Shown here in pieces: positions 25,701 to 37,200 of a stretch of 64,000 bases of DNA; positions within the stretch are counted from its first letter, which is position 1, and each line of letters starts with the position of its first letter. Made by a program: the position numbers and the translations under genes. This DNA comes from Mizuhopecten yessoensis (lineage: Eukaryota): assembly GCF_002113885.1 (NCBI RefSeq), contig NW_018405252.1, forward strand, positions 302,001-366,000, read 5' to 3'. The notes below the pieces were generated by a model. It saw nothing but the letters and a program-made list of their open reading frames with translations, had not been told where the DNA came from and did not search any database.

Positions 25701-28700
25701 ATATCAAATTAACATCATTTAATGGTACTTTTCCTACACAAGGTTTGGAAATCAAACCCAGGAAGTTGCATCTCGGACACAGTGTAAGAAATTTAACATC
25801 TTAAATTAGTAATTTTAAACATTTTTTTGTCTTTTTCTCGAATAAAAACAATTGATGCACAAGAAAAAGAAAGCACCAACTTTGGTAAAAATCATATCGG
25901 ACACTTTCTACCGTAAATATTTGTGTACCTTAAATGAGGGGAGGCGCGGCATCCCTCCCCTGATGCCAAGAAATCCCCCGCCCATACCACTGGAGTAGCT
26001 GCCAAAGTTAATCTCGCCTTCCTTGGTCCAGGGGTGCTGTGGCTCAAACAAAGACGCAATGGTGGAGCTGACCTCCTTCTTACCTACTGTCACAGTCGGC
26101 TTGACAGAGGACGACTTCTCTGTCGGCTTTTCTTGTACAGTTTTTTGTGGCTGTTAAATAAGACACAAATATCACCATGATGACGTATCCAGTATAGAAT
26201 CTTGTCCCTCCATATATGAAAATTTTATTCTCAAGATTATTTATAAATTTGAAGAAACTTTTCAGGAACACATCCTAGTATGTTTTCTTCAGTTACTCAA
26301 ACAATAACATAACTTAAATGAAACACTTGAACTTTCAAGTTTTCCACATATAGTGAGATTTTAAGTAGAACATTGCATTAAATCATATTGACATTGTATA
26401 GCTTATGTGTTTTAAAAACAGTGAGATAAAATAGGCTTCTACACCATATAATATATATATATAATACCAACATTACCCAAACAAAAACTCAATATATGAA
26501 ATTTTATTACTGAATTACTATATACAATTGCACTGTCGAATCTTTATCTGATGGAATTAATTTAAGCATCTGCTAGAACAGGAAATGTACATTTAATACT
26601 TTATATTTAATTACCTTAACCTTTGACAAAAAGATTTTTAACAAAAATAACAGACTTTTGACAAACCGACCCTGAAACTGTCTACTTTTTACTAAGTATG
26701 GAAACTTGATACAGTTTGGTGAGGATGACATGACTAATGTTGTAGAGCAAAACAATACTTCTGATTAACAGACACGTTAATACTTATACGACACATACTT
26801 ACCAGAAGTTTGTGTCTCTGTTCCTCGTTGTTCCACCAACCATCAAAGGATTTAAAAGCCGAGTTTTCTACCATTTTCTTACACATATCTTTTTGCATTA
26901 TCTGTTTTAATTCCTTAATACAACCATCCAGAACAGCTGCAAAAGTTTTCTCTATTTTCTCATCCTCCTCGGACTGATCTACGACCTGTCCTTGAGAGGC
27001 GACGACATTCAGAGAGTTATTGACATACTGGTTGTAATAGTTTTGGTTGTACACATTATAACCGGACATGTCTACATTTTGACCATAATTAAAACCGTAG
27101 TTGTACGAGCCCGTCTGCCAGGCCAGGGGCTGAGATGTGTTTGGTGACATGAAGTCAGTATTTACTAGGGGCGCCATTGTCTGACTGGGTACTTCACCAG
27201 AAGGATGAATTATGGGATTGACTTCTATATTCTGTTCACCACTTCCACCTGATGAGATACTCATCCTGTCGTCGTCGTCTGATGCACTTTTAGTGTCTTG
27301 AACAATTTCTTGTGACGTTGTTGGAGTCCCAACATCTAGAGATGATTGAAGTTTACTGTACATGTCTGGCATTGCAGGAATATTTGCAGGATGAAATGAG
27401 GGTGGGGGCAAACTCACATCGATGCTACCGTTCACACTGCTCTGAACACTGTTAACGTCCCTGAAGTCAGGCGTGCTGTGGGGCCCCGAGTCCCGTGGTG
27501 TACTGAAGTGTGACATGTGGTTAAAGGGGGTGCGGGGCTGGTCCACCACAGGAATGGGTGGTACACGTGGGGCCTCTGGTTCGGGAGTTCGGGGCCCAGA
27601 CACAGGTTTCTCCCACCGACTTGGAGGGGGGGTGGGCTCCTTTTTCCTTGAATCACTAGTTGAGTCCGAAGAGGGGCTGCCAAACCCTTCACCCATTGAA
27701 TTTTGCAGCAAGCTTTGAATACGAGACTCCAAACTCATGCTGCGGGGCTCCTCCTCTTGTACAGGTTCTGATTCTGGTGTTTTAGGTTTAGGGGGTTGGG
27801 GTGGAGGTTTCTCCCTTTCCATACTCCTTTCAGCAGATTCTTGTCTATGACGAAACCTGCCACCATCCCTTTCCCCTCTTCCATCCTTCCTGTCTTTCCC
27901 TCGCCCTGGTCCTGCCCTGACATCCGTTCTATCCTTTACTCCACCGCCTCTTTTGTTGTCCCTCACATCCCTGTTATACCTGTCGTGATGATTCCTATCC
28001 CTACTGTTGCTGCGGTCATTGTCACGGTCATTATTTCGTCGGTTAAACCTATCTCTCTGCGGTTCTCTGTTATATTCATCCCGATCGTCCCCTCGATCTC
28101 TGTGATCGCGTGAGTCGCGAGAATGTCTGTGTTCTCTGTCCCTCCGCCAGTCCCGGTTACGGTGATCACTTCGAGCACCACCTTCGCTATTTTGTCTGTT
28201 TCTGTGATGATTGCTTCCCCTCTGACGTGGTTCTGGCGGGAACCGATCCATGTCCTGGTTTGAGGAATACTGATTCTCACTATTATTGTACGACATGTGA
28301 TGATGCTGGTTCTGATGTAGTGGCGATGGGTGAGGCGGGTGAGGTGGCAGATGAGGAGGATGAGAGGGAAGGTGAGGAGGAGGATGAGAAGGGAGATGAG
28401 GTGGTGGCTGATGAGGAGGTGGCTGATGAGGAGGTGGCTGATGAGGTGGCGGCTGTGGAGGAAGTGGAGGTGGCGGTTGCTGCTGCTGTTGCTGCTGGAA
28501 GCCATACCCACTATTAGCACCACCGTTACCATGACTTTGTGACATGCCAAATTGATTGTGATTGCCCCCAGGATAGAAGCTGCCACTGGGAGTGCTGGTC
28601 TGCGAGTCATAGGCCTTGTTATAGCTGTCATGAGTGTAGTTAGACATTGGCGTCCCTGTCCCATACCCAAGGTCTGACTGGCTGCTGCTAAAGCTCTTCT

Positions 28701-31700
28701 CAGATGAGGCATACATTGGCTGGGCAGGTAACGGAGGTGGCGGCTGAGTAGGAAGGTGTGGAGGGGGCTGGGTCAATGAATATTCAAATTCAGGGTCATA
28801 TGCCTCGGGGTCATATGCATCAAAACTTGACTGTGATTGGATACTTGTAGAGAAATCTGATTGAATACTAGAGGCTGACTGAAGTGTTGGGAATGATGAA
28901 GATGAGGACAAGCGTCGGTTCCTGCGTGGATCAGTCAAAACAGGAGGAGGAGCACTAACAGGTGCTGCTGTCTTAGGCTTGTCCGACAACATGTCATCCA
29001 CAATCTTCTGTCTCTCTTTACCTACAAAATAACATACATAGATTGGCAATTGGTCTTGTTTTTATACTTCAATGACTTATAAACATATTCCAGGAAACTG
29101 ATGAACTAAAAGTTTTAAGTAGATTATCAACTAAATTGTGTCGCCTTAATGTTACTAAATACAATTTATTGCTGTGATTTAAATTTATGTTAGATTTATC
29201 ACCCTTGAAACCTTATATGATATTTCTGAATTAAGAAAGATAATAGAAGTATTTTAGAAATACGCAGGTATTATTGATGCATGAATCTTGGGTATCTTTC
29301 AACTTTAAACATGATGCGTAATTAATAACTTGATCAAATCCAAATTTCTGGTCATAGCAGACACTTCAGAGGTAAGGAGAAGAACTTGTATCAAAGCAAG
29401 ATAGACTTGCAAATCTTTAAAGAAATCATGTATCATATGCATGTACCAACACTATGGCAAAGTGCAATGACTAAATTATTCAAATTCTTACAGAAACATA
29501 TAATAATTTTATTCAAACTATTAATATCTATCTTTCATCAAATTTAAACCAAATTTGTAACATTAGTTTCATACATACCCCCAGCATCAACAAACACAGT
29601 CATCACATTTCCCATCTTAGAGGACTGATTGAGTTTATCAGCACACATCTTCGCTGACTTTGAGGATAAGAACATGACCTGCAGGAAACAAAGTCAAACA
29701 AAATTATTTCAGAACACATATTTTACATACAGTCAACACTACAATGCAATCAACTGAATGTGGGGAACGGCCACCAAGAACTGTTCTAATTTACAGCATT
29801 TGTTTTGTTTTAGTGAACTGTACACTTGGACAAAAAATACTTAGTTTAAACCAACAGCTTTTAAATCTATGAATTATGAACACTTGGTCCTTGAATTAAC
29901 AATGCTGTCATTGACAATATGGAAGCCCATTATCAGCTGTAGTTTGCCTACTGTAATCTGTAGCACAGTAAACATTCTACCTTCATTTGTTGTCATACAA
30001 CTGGCTCAATCATTCTGTCTTTATTTTTGTCAGATACACAGAGATGTTTTCACACAGATACACAGCTATCATATTACCTAAAAGTAATTCTGTTTTTAAA
30101 TGTTTTTATGATATTAAGGAGCCATACTTTTTTCTGTGTTTATATAATTTACAAACCTTTCCAACACCTAAATGTTTTTTGTTCTTTGGGTTGTAATAAA
30201 TCTTGGCCTCTTCCACACTTCCATACACCTTCACCATGTTTTCAAGGAAATCTTGATTGATGTTATCGTTCAAGTTGGTAAATGTGACTTCATTTGGTGG
30301 TGGTTCTCCAACATAGTGTTCATCATACTGAAATTACAATTGAAATAAACTCATTAACAAACTCTTACACTTTTTAATGATTTTTTGTGTTTGCTTAGAA
30401 AAACAAACTATTGCAGCTACTCCCCTAATCTGTGATACTTTTTTTCTAATTAATTAAATTTCATAAAGTAACAAATTTCATAAAGTAAAAGTGAATCTGT
30501 TTTCAAGATGCTCTCTGGTTTTGTAAGGCTTACTTTTCTGTTACTATTACCTCATAAAACAACCAACATTATTATGAAATATTAAAACTGTGCACTTGCA
30601 AACTTTATAACATATGGCAGAGATTGTGTTTACCTTGTTTTTGGTAATAAAATGAGCAAAACACCTGCAAAGGACCCATATTACATGTATTTCATTTTTG
30701 TCTCCTTTTTCTTATGTATATTCAAATAGATCAATTATTTTAATTTTATGCATGAAGCATCATTTTTCAAATGTATCCACTTGATACACCAAAGGTTTAT
30801 TTAAGAACCTTAAATCTGGGAATTGGTAAGTCTGCTGCTAATTTCTTTGACCAAAGTCTTGTTAATCGGGAGCGTGGATCTCGCACATGAATGGGTCGGT
30901 TATCCTGGAACAGAAAAACAAACATCCTTTACATACATGCCATAACTTTCCGGTGTAAAATAGTGAGATCAGTGAATATTTTTAGTGAGATTTGGTCAAA
31001 AATAGTGAGATTTTTTCTCTGAATTAGTGAGAAATTTGTGAAACATTTAAAACATAAATTATATAGCATATAACATAGTATTGAATCAGTTTTTGTTAAA
31101 CTGAAGCCTCTAATTACTTTGTTAGAGCCAAAATTGAAGATTTATTGATATTTTAAAGGACTTTCGGAAGGTTTACACATGACATACGGTCCAGATAAAG
31201 CTATCAACATTTAAAAGTATATAAATCACATAAAAGGCAAAAAATAAGAGTAATTAAAAAAAAGAAGAAATTCTAGAGGGAAGTCCTCGTTAACCCAGGT
31301 TAGAAAAAAATATATCTCAAAACATTAGGAATATTTAATATTAATTTGTTGGGGAAAAATTAACCAATAACTAATATTTTTATATATCCAATTCTGAAGA
31401 AACTTGTTTTTTTCTTCTGTTTGTTATTTTCATTAACACTCAATCCCATCCCGACGGCAAAAGAATGAATTCCGGATTCGATGCCAGTGTTCGGTTTCAA
31501 TTTTATAGGCACCTCTAACATTTCTGTTTCGGTAAACCATGTTTTTCGATTGTAATGAATTAACAGGTCTTATGTTGCTGTTTAATGTTAATATCAACTG
31601 TCATCACAAATTAATTAGCAACTAGCCCCCTCTGGATGTGGGATCACTGATTTAATTGCTTAACAGTTCACAAATCGGTGAGCAAGTCACCAAGCCATGC

Positions 31701-33793
31701 CCGCTTAATTGGACAGTTATATTTGTCTAAAATGTCAACTAGACAATGATTGCACTCAATTTAATCTATCAGTATATTTCTTTATAGAGTTCAGTTGATT
31801 AACTTACATCAGACAAGGATGAAAACTAACCCAGTCAGAATTAATGTTCTTATTCTAAGTAGTAACAGCAAGGATTTATCAATGTTTTAAACTCAAATAT
31901 TCATAAGAAAACAACATCTTGATCCTGATGTCTACCTATTTTTCATTAAAACTCGACCTTAGTCCAACCAATCAATAGCACAACTATGGTCCCATCAATG
32001 ATGAAACATAACACTAATGGATGCATTTTCGTGACATTTATTGCCTTCATAAAATCACTATAACCCATCTAAAATATATCAATCAACATTTCAGTTTAGA
32101 TACCCAAGTTTCTGATTCACATACAAAATTCTGGATACAGATAATTCATTTCATCCATTTTTCTGAAAATTTCATTGAAATTCGGAAGAAAATTTGTGAT
32201 TTATAGATGGATCACATCAAAATCTGCAAAAAATCTTGTTAAGACCCAAAATATCCCCGTCTTTCAATATGGTACCCTTGTGTTTAAACAAATTTACTTG
32301 AAGCAGGGACCTCCGACCTCTGTCGGACAAGGAGTTGAACCCTTGTCATACTTTAAACTCCAGAAGGATGATCTACCTTGTGGCCGGCGAACAACCCAAT
32401 CCAGTTCCTTGACACTAGTATTATTACCTTTCTAAAATTATTATTATTATAACATGTCCTGACGCTGTAAAATTTCCATTAATAAAAATAGTTCCATTCT
32501 ATGAACAAAAACATGATTAAGTAAAATATTAGAGCTAGCCTGGGATGTTGATTGTTATCTATGTAGTGAAACTGGACTGGGTCAACTGTCAGCGACCAAT
32601 TCAATGCAAGTGGCTGAATTTGTAAACCATCTGTCTCGAGTCCAGTTTGAATCCCGGTCTGGCTGTAGCATTTCTCCTGTTATACTAGTCCGAATTATTC
32701 TGACGTTTTATCGACTTTTTTCATATCGGTCTGTCATCGATTAACGTCAGAACTCCGGCCCTCTATAATATGCGGGAAATATGCGACCCGCGCCCGGAGC
32801 CCACTTCAAACTGATATTTTAGAAACAAATCGTCACTTTCACACACATGTCGCACATGGATCGAAAGATCTTTTCATTATGCACAAGATGAACATACATA
32901 ACATGCCTCAAACAACTAACACAATCACTAAAAACATATTTTTTCAAACTTACTCTGTTTTACTCTAGTTTTTTGATAGCCCGCCTTCTAATGCCACGTG
33001 ACTAAAATCTCGCCGGCCTACGTCATAACGTTGGGAAATACCTTCGGTAACGCGAGATCTCGTCAAGTCATGTGACATTTCTCATGGCCTAATTTCCATA
33101 AAAAACATGGGTTGGTATAGAAAACGTTGGAAAATTCTTTTCGTAATGATCTTTGAAACATGTTATTGATACCACCTAGTGCATAAAGAATAGATCTTTC
33201 GATCCATGTGCGACATGTGTGTGAAAGTGACGATTTGTTTCTAAAATCTCAGTTTGAAGTGCGCTCCGGGCGCGGGTCGCATATTTCCCGCATATTATAG
33301 AGGGCCGGAGTTCTGACGTTAATCGACGACAGACCGATATGAAAAAAGTCGATAAAACGTCAGAATAATTCGGACTACTGTTATACTTAAGACAAATATC
33401 CAGTGGCTAATACCAAATTGATCGCTCATGGCATACGTCAGTCTGCCAATGATATATTTTTAGGTGTGCTGTTTCTCTGCTAGATTTTTTCCTTTCAAGT
33501 CCATTATTACCATAGGATCCAATCCTTCAAAGCGATACAACTTTTGTCCACCCCCTCTCAGCATTGGATCCACTATCAGCTTATAGTTCCTCCTCTTTTT
33601 CTCATTCTGGCTATCCACAGAGTGTCTGGACAATCCATTGAAACCTGAAATAAGTAAAAAACAGAGTATGAAAATATGCAAATGGTTGAGTTCTCGAAAA
33701 ATACTGGAATCTAAATAAGTTTCACTTCAAAACATAAACATTGCTTTAGTGAATAAGGTCCTCACTTGTGTTTCCTTTCCTATCGTGTTCCAT
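16601..33793 (-). CDS. SETD1: Histone H3K4 methyltransferase Set1/SETD1 (SETD1A/B orthologue), 16 coding exons, ~1713 aa
   Basis: Phase-consistent GT-AG model, exons: 33793-33766, 33644-33511, 30904-30809, 30327-30157, 29678-29579, 29021-26803, 26150-25929, 25685-25574, 25042-24941, 24114-23928, 23377-23234, 22703-21712, 19515-19415, 17722-17621, 17342-17085, 16774-16601 (5142 nt incl. TGA). Motifs: N-terminal [23 protein letters not shown] motif [42 protein letters not shown], post-[16 protein letters not shown]. Confidence 0.97.
17085..17342 (-). CDS. SETD1: SETD1 exon 15 (SET domain)
   Basis: [36 protein letters not shown]...[12 protein letters not shown]. Confidence 0.98.
17621..17722 (-). 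CDS. SETD1: SETD1 exon 14 (N-SET RxxxRR basic motif)
   Basis: [34 protein letters not shown]; the acceptor is an unusual AAG. Confidence 0.85.
18130..19278 (+). mobile_element. TA-flanked MITE carrying an internal 41-bp array (~24 copies, 18252-19245)
   Basis: TIR ctgtataccagg / ccctgtataca; unexpanded relative at 44129-44311. Confidence 0.85.
19415..19515 (-). CDS. SETD1: SETD1 exon 13 (WDR5-interacting WIN motif)
   Basis: [10 protein letters not shown]; gtag acceptor, gtaagt donor. Confidence 0.95.
19620..20958 (+). mobile_element. Pearl/HINE-like element with core repeats (aaaatccaagatggctgcc...)
   Basis: acaagagatcccagagggatc 5' hairpin, subTIR gcccacca/tggtgggc, (acgg)-like microsatellite, ~6 core repeats. 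Confidence 0.8.
21712..22703 (-). CDS. SETD1: SETD1 exon 12 (HCF-binding motifs, start of N-SET region)
   Basis: 357-aa ORF trimmed to splice sites; EHDY and DHNY; [26 protein letters not shown]. Confidence 0.95.
23820..23912. repeat. 23-bp minisatellite x4 next to the SETD1 exon 10 donor
   Basis: gttagcactaatgagg(a/g)ggttgt. Confidence 0.88.
24170..24335 (+). mobile_element. Duplicated SINE/L2-type 3' tail (87-bp period)
   Basis: tgtaaagcgctttagag...gggcgctatatcaaatgttgtat x2. Confidence 0.6.
25160..25242. mobile_element. 83-bp TTAA-type MITE (second family)
   Basis: ccctttcacc..ggtgaaaggg flanked by ctaa/ttaa. Confidence 0.65.
26803..29021 (-). CDS. SETD1: SETD1 exon 6 (Pro/His/Gln- and Arg/Asp-rich region, conserved [19 protein letters not shown] block)
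   Basis: 771-aa ORF trimmed to tag acceptor at 29022-24 and gtaagt donor at 26802. Confidence 0.95.
29579..29678 (-). CDS. SETD1: SETD1 exon 5 (RRM second half)
   Basis: [33 protein letters not shown]; ctgcag/gtatgt. Confidence 0.93.
30157..30327 (-). CDS. SETD1: SETD1 exon 4 (RRM first half)
   Basis: [57 protein letters not shown]; canonical splice sites. Confidence 0.95.
32686..33377. mobile_element. Young 692-bp foldback non-autonomous DNA transposon, ~190-bp TIRs, TAG..CTA ends, 9-bp TSD (AcademH-like)
   Basis: TSD ctgttatac at 32677-85 and 33378-86; TIR arms nearly identical. Confidence 0.92.
33511..33644 (-). CDS. SETD1: SETD1 exon 2 (N-terminal [17 protein letters not shown])
   Basis: tttcag acceptor, gtaata donor; conserved Set1 N-terminal motif. 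Confidence 0.93.
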
Positions 33794-34292
33794 GGCTTTA
33801 GAAGCGTGATTGCAACAAATTCCATAAAAATAAAGCTAGATATAACATCGTATGTTAATACACATGGAGAAATCTACACGTTTCCCTCCCTATACACGGA
33901 GGGAGACAAAACTGTGAGAGCTTCACATTGCAACCACTATCAAAGCATCAAAATTTCTTTGCTATCCCACAATTCAACTTTACTGAAGCAAAGTCAACAA
34001 TTACGTGTCTTTTTATTTTCGTATAAAATTCCGAAATTCTAAATTTGCACCTTATACTTTATTTTTTCATTATTTCAGATTTTATATGATCGGATATTTA
34101 ATAAAAATTGCCGAAAGTTGCTTTATGATACGTGATAATAGGACAAATTAATGATTATGGAAGAGCATCCCTGATTATGTAAACGGATGGCTGATTGGCT
34201 CGATAGAAAAGGGTTTCCCCGTCCCATGAACCAATCAGATATTCTGTTTTATAATAGTTAGTCTAGCACGTGGAGCAGAACCTAATGCAAGG
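33794..34292. promoter_or_regulatory. Bidirectional promoter shared by SETD1 and the plus-strand gene
   Basis: Divergent ATGs at 33793 and 34293; inverted CCAAT pair CTGATTGG (34191-98) and CCAATCAG (34231-38); E-box CACGTG 34267-72; CpG elevated versus flanks. Confidence 0.75.
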
Positions 34293-37200
34293 ATGGAGAC
34301 AGCGAAGCCTACGAAATTTATTAGATTGCTAGCAAAGCGTTTAGTATCTAATGGTATAAACTCTTTAGATTTAGATAGACAACATATTTAATATAATTTT
34401 GTGTCGACCACTGGCTATCTGTTCACCTGTTCACAGGGTGTTGTTGACACTGTCACTGAGTATGACTTGGTTAGAAGATAGTTCGGGTCCGGGGTCGATG
34501 GGAATTTTGTATTTAATAGCAATGTCAACAAGACCTTATGACATGACCGAAATTAACAGATTCAGAATCCCTTGTCTGCAGTATTGTTCCGAGACAAAAT
34601 GTCATGGAAGCGGTAGTGGAAATTGTCCCAGAAAAGTTTGTGCTCATTGATTGACCCTTTCATTTTTCAAGAATTTTGTGATTTAAGTATACAAGAAGGT
34701 TTTTCTTGGTAGTAAATATATAACATGAAACATTAGCCCGGAAGAGCTTCTCTTATGATAGAATATATGAAAAATACCACAGTGGACAGGGAATAGATTT
34801 AACAAAAACGTGCAATAAGAAACAAAATGCACATCAAAGTTGAAACTAAAATATACATGTATATTGCTAGAAACATGCAGGAAATAACATGCTTCTAAGA
34901 CTTAAGTTATAAAGTTCCATCAAATAAAATCACACTTAACTTCTTCAGTATTTGAATTGGAAGTTCAAGTTGAAATCAAAGGAATGGGCAATATCTGTCA
35001 AATCCAGGTTTAGTACTTTTACCTCCGCCTACTTCAGAACTGATGTCAAGTCTCCTATGAAAGTTTTGGTGGTATATTTGAATTGAGATGGGATTGAGGT
35101 TCAAAGGATGTTGTAAATTCTGGACATGGGGAGATTCCTAAGAGAATGTTATGAAGCTGTAGTTGTGTGATCTGTGATTAAACTTTTGTTAATGTTAATC
35201 GGTGGTCGGGTGGTGCAGTGGATAGATAGCACATTCACCTTTCACCAAGGTATGGGGTCACCTGCCCGACCACGTGGGTTTTCTCTGGGTACTCCGGTTT
35301 CCTCCCACATTTGGACCCTACGCACGTTTACATCTGGGCTAACAAGAATGATTAATATAAGTTGAAATAACATGATTGTTGTAAAATAAATATAGTTTTA
35401 TTTAACTGTATTCTTTACATAATTTTAACCTGCATTGAATTAAAAACCATTTCTTTCCAGGCTGTGTGAAAGACACCCACAACCTTAAGCCAAGAAGACT
35501 ACTGAAGGAAGCTGTAGCTAGCTTACCAGAAGGAACTATAAAAGATACTGTTAACAAAAGATTTGGATTTTATGTAAAGAAATTGAAATTGTAAGCTCTT
35601 TTGTAACATTGAATATACATATTACCTTGAATTTTAAGAAACAGTGGCTAAATTTACCGTGCCACAATCTTTCAGAAGAATTGTGATTAAAATTGAACTT
35701 TGAAGTCATAAAATTTCAAGTTTATTGATATGAAAAGATTTACACAATACTATGTATTTAACAGGGTCAAATGTAATGTCTACAAAAAATGTGTAATTAA
35801 TTTACATCACATGGTTTGCTGAATGACCTAGCTTTTAATTCACTTATGAAGTAGCATAAACGGAAAATGATCGTAATAGCAGAAGGAGCATGCAAAACTT
35901 TGACAAGGAAAATTTTGTCATTTTAAAGGGGCCCATTGGGCATGATAGACATGCAAATCTTCATTTTTTTTTACAGAACGTAAGAAATAAACTTTTATTC
36001 CTTTTTGTTTTATATCTTTTACATGTTTCACACCCAAGTGTGGTGTAATGGAAAGAATACCTTTTGCTATGTAAGAAAAACAAGAAATGTAAGTTTTATC
36101 CTGCTGATAAGAAAAAAGAGCAAACATTAATGGCAAAATGCAAGGTATCTTTTTTGTATATTTGATCTAATAATTTGAAATTTGCTTCTAAGGCAATTTT
36201 TGGATGTTGTGTAAGCATGGTCTACATTTCTCTTGAAAAATGTACAACCAAGATATTTTGTAAATATTTTCACATCGTTAAATTTGATGTTCTATTAACA
36301 CACTTTCACATCGTTGGTATTATGTTCTGAAATAAGAATGAGATCGTAATTTTTTTTTTTTTTTTTTTTTCAGATCTATTTTTGAGCAACATAAGAGAAA
36401 AGTTTCAGCAGAACCACATAAAAAAGACAAGTTCCCCTATAACCTGTATACAAAGAAAAAACATTGTGTCACTGGAACTATTGATGATGACCAGGTACAA
36501 CAAACATGTAAGCGTTTACTCTCAAACATAAAAAAAAATCTATAGCAACTGTGGTGATAGTATCACGCTGTTTCCAGATTTGGATAATGGTGTCTTGTTT
36601 ATGAATCTAGATTAATACCTTCACTTTTTAGCCCACTACATCAGATAGTGTGGGCTGATTAAATTGTCCTTTGTCCGTCATCCATCCTTAAACAATTCTT
36701 TTTGTTACTACTTCTCAGAAAGTACTTAAGAGATTTTGTTTTCAAATATAATACGTAGATTCCCCATCGTCCATAGTTGTGCTTGTTTCATTTTAGGACT
36801 GATTGGGAAGCAAAATGGCTACCAGGCATTCATCTTGTATTTTGGAAGTTTAAGTTAATCTGTTTGTTACTGCTATTTCTCAAGAAGTACTTGACTGACT
36901 TTTTCGAATTTCCCTATGGTCCATAGTTGTTGATGTTTCATTTTGGGACTGATTGGGAAGACAAAATTATTGCCAGTCAGCCATCTTGGATTTTGACAGT
37001 TCAAGTTTGTTATCGCTATTTCTCAAGAAAAAACAACAATGACCTTAATTTGAAAAAAAATAAAAGCCAGCTATATATGCACAGATAAAGAAAATAAGAG
37101 AAATGAAGGACAAAAATCATACTTACATAGAATGAATGAAGATTGTACAATGATTGGTGCCAACATCTCCAGGATCTCTTGTTGGGGAAATACTCAATTC

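Noticed and set aside
27432-28712. Overlapping alternative-frame and antisense ORFs
   Set aside because: Shadows of the low-complexity SETD1 exon 6.
30935-31045. Repeated tagtgaga motif resembling a transposon end
   Set aside because: No matching opposite terminus or TSD found.
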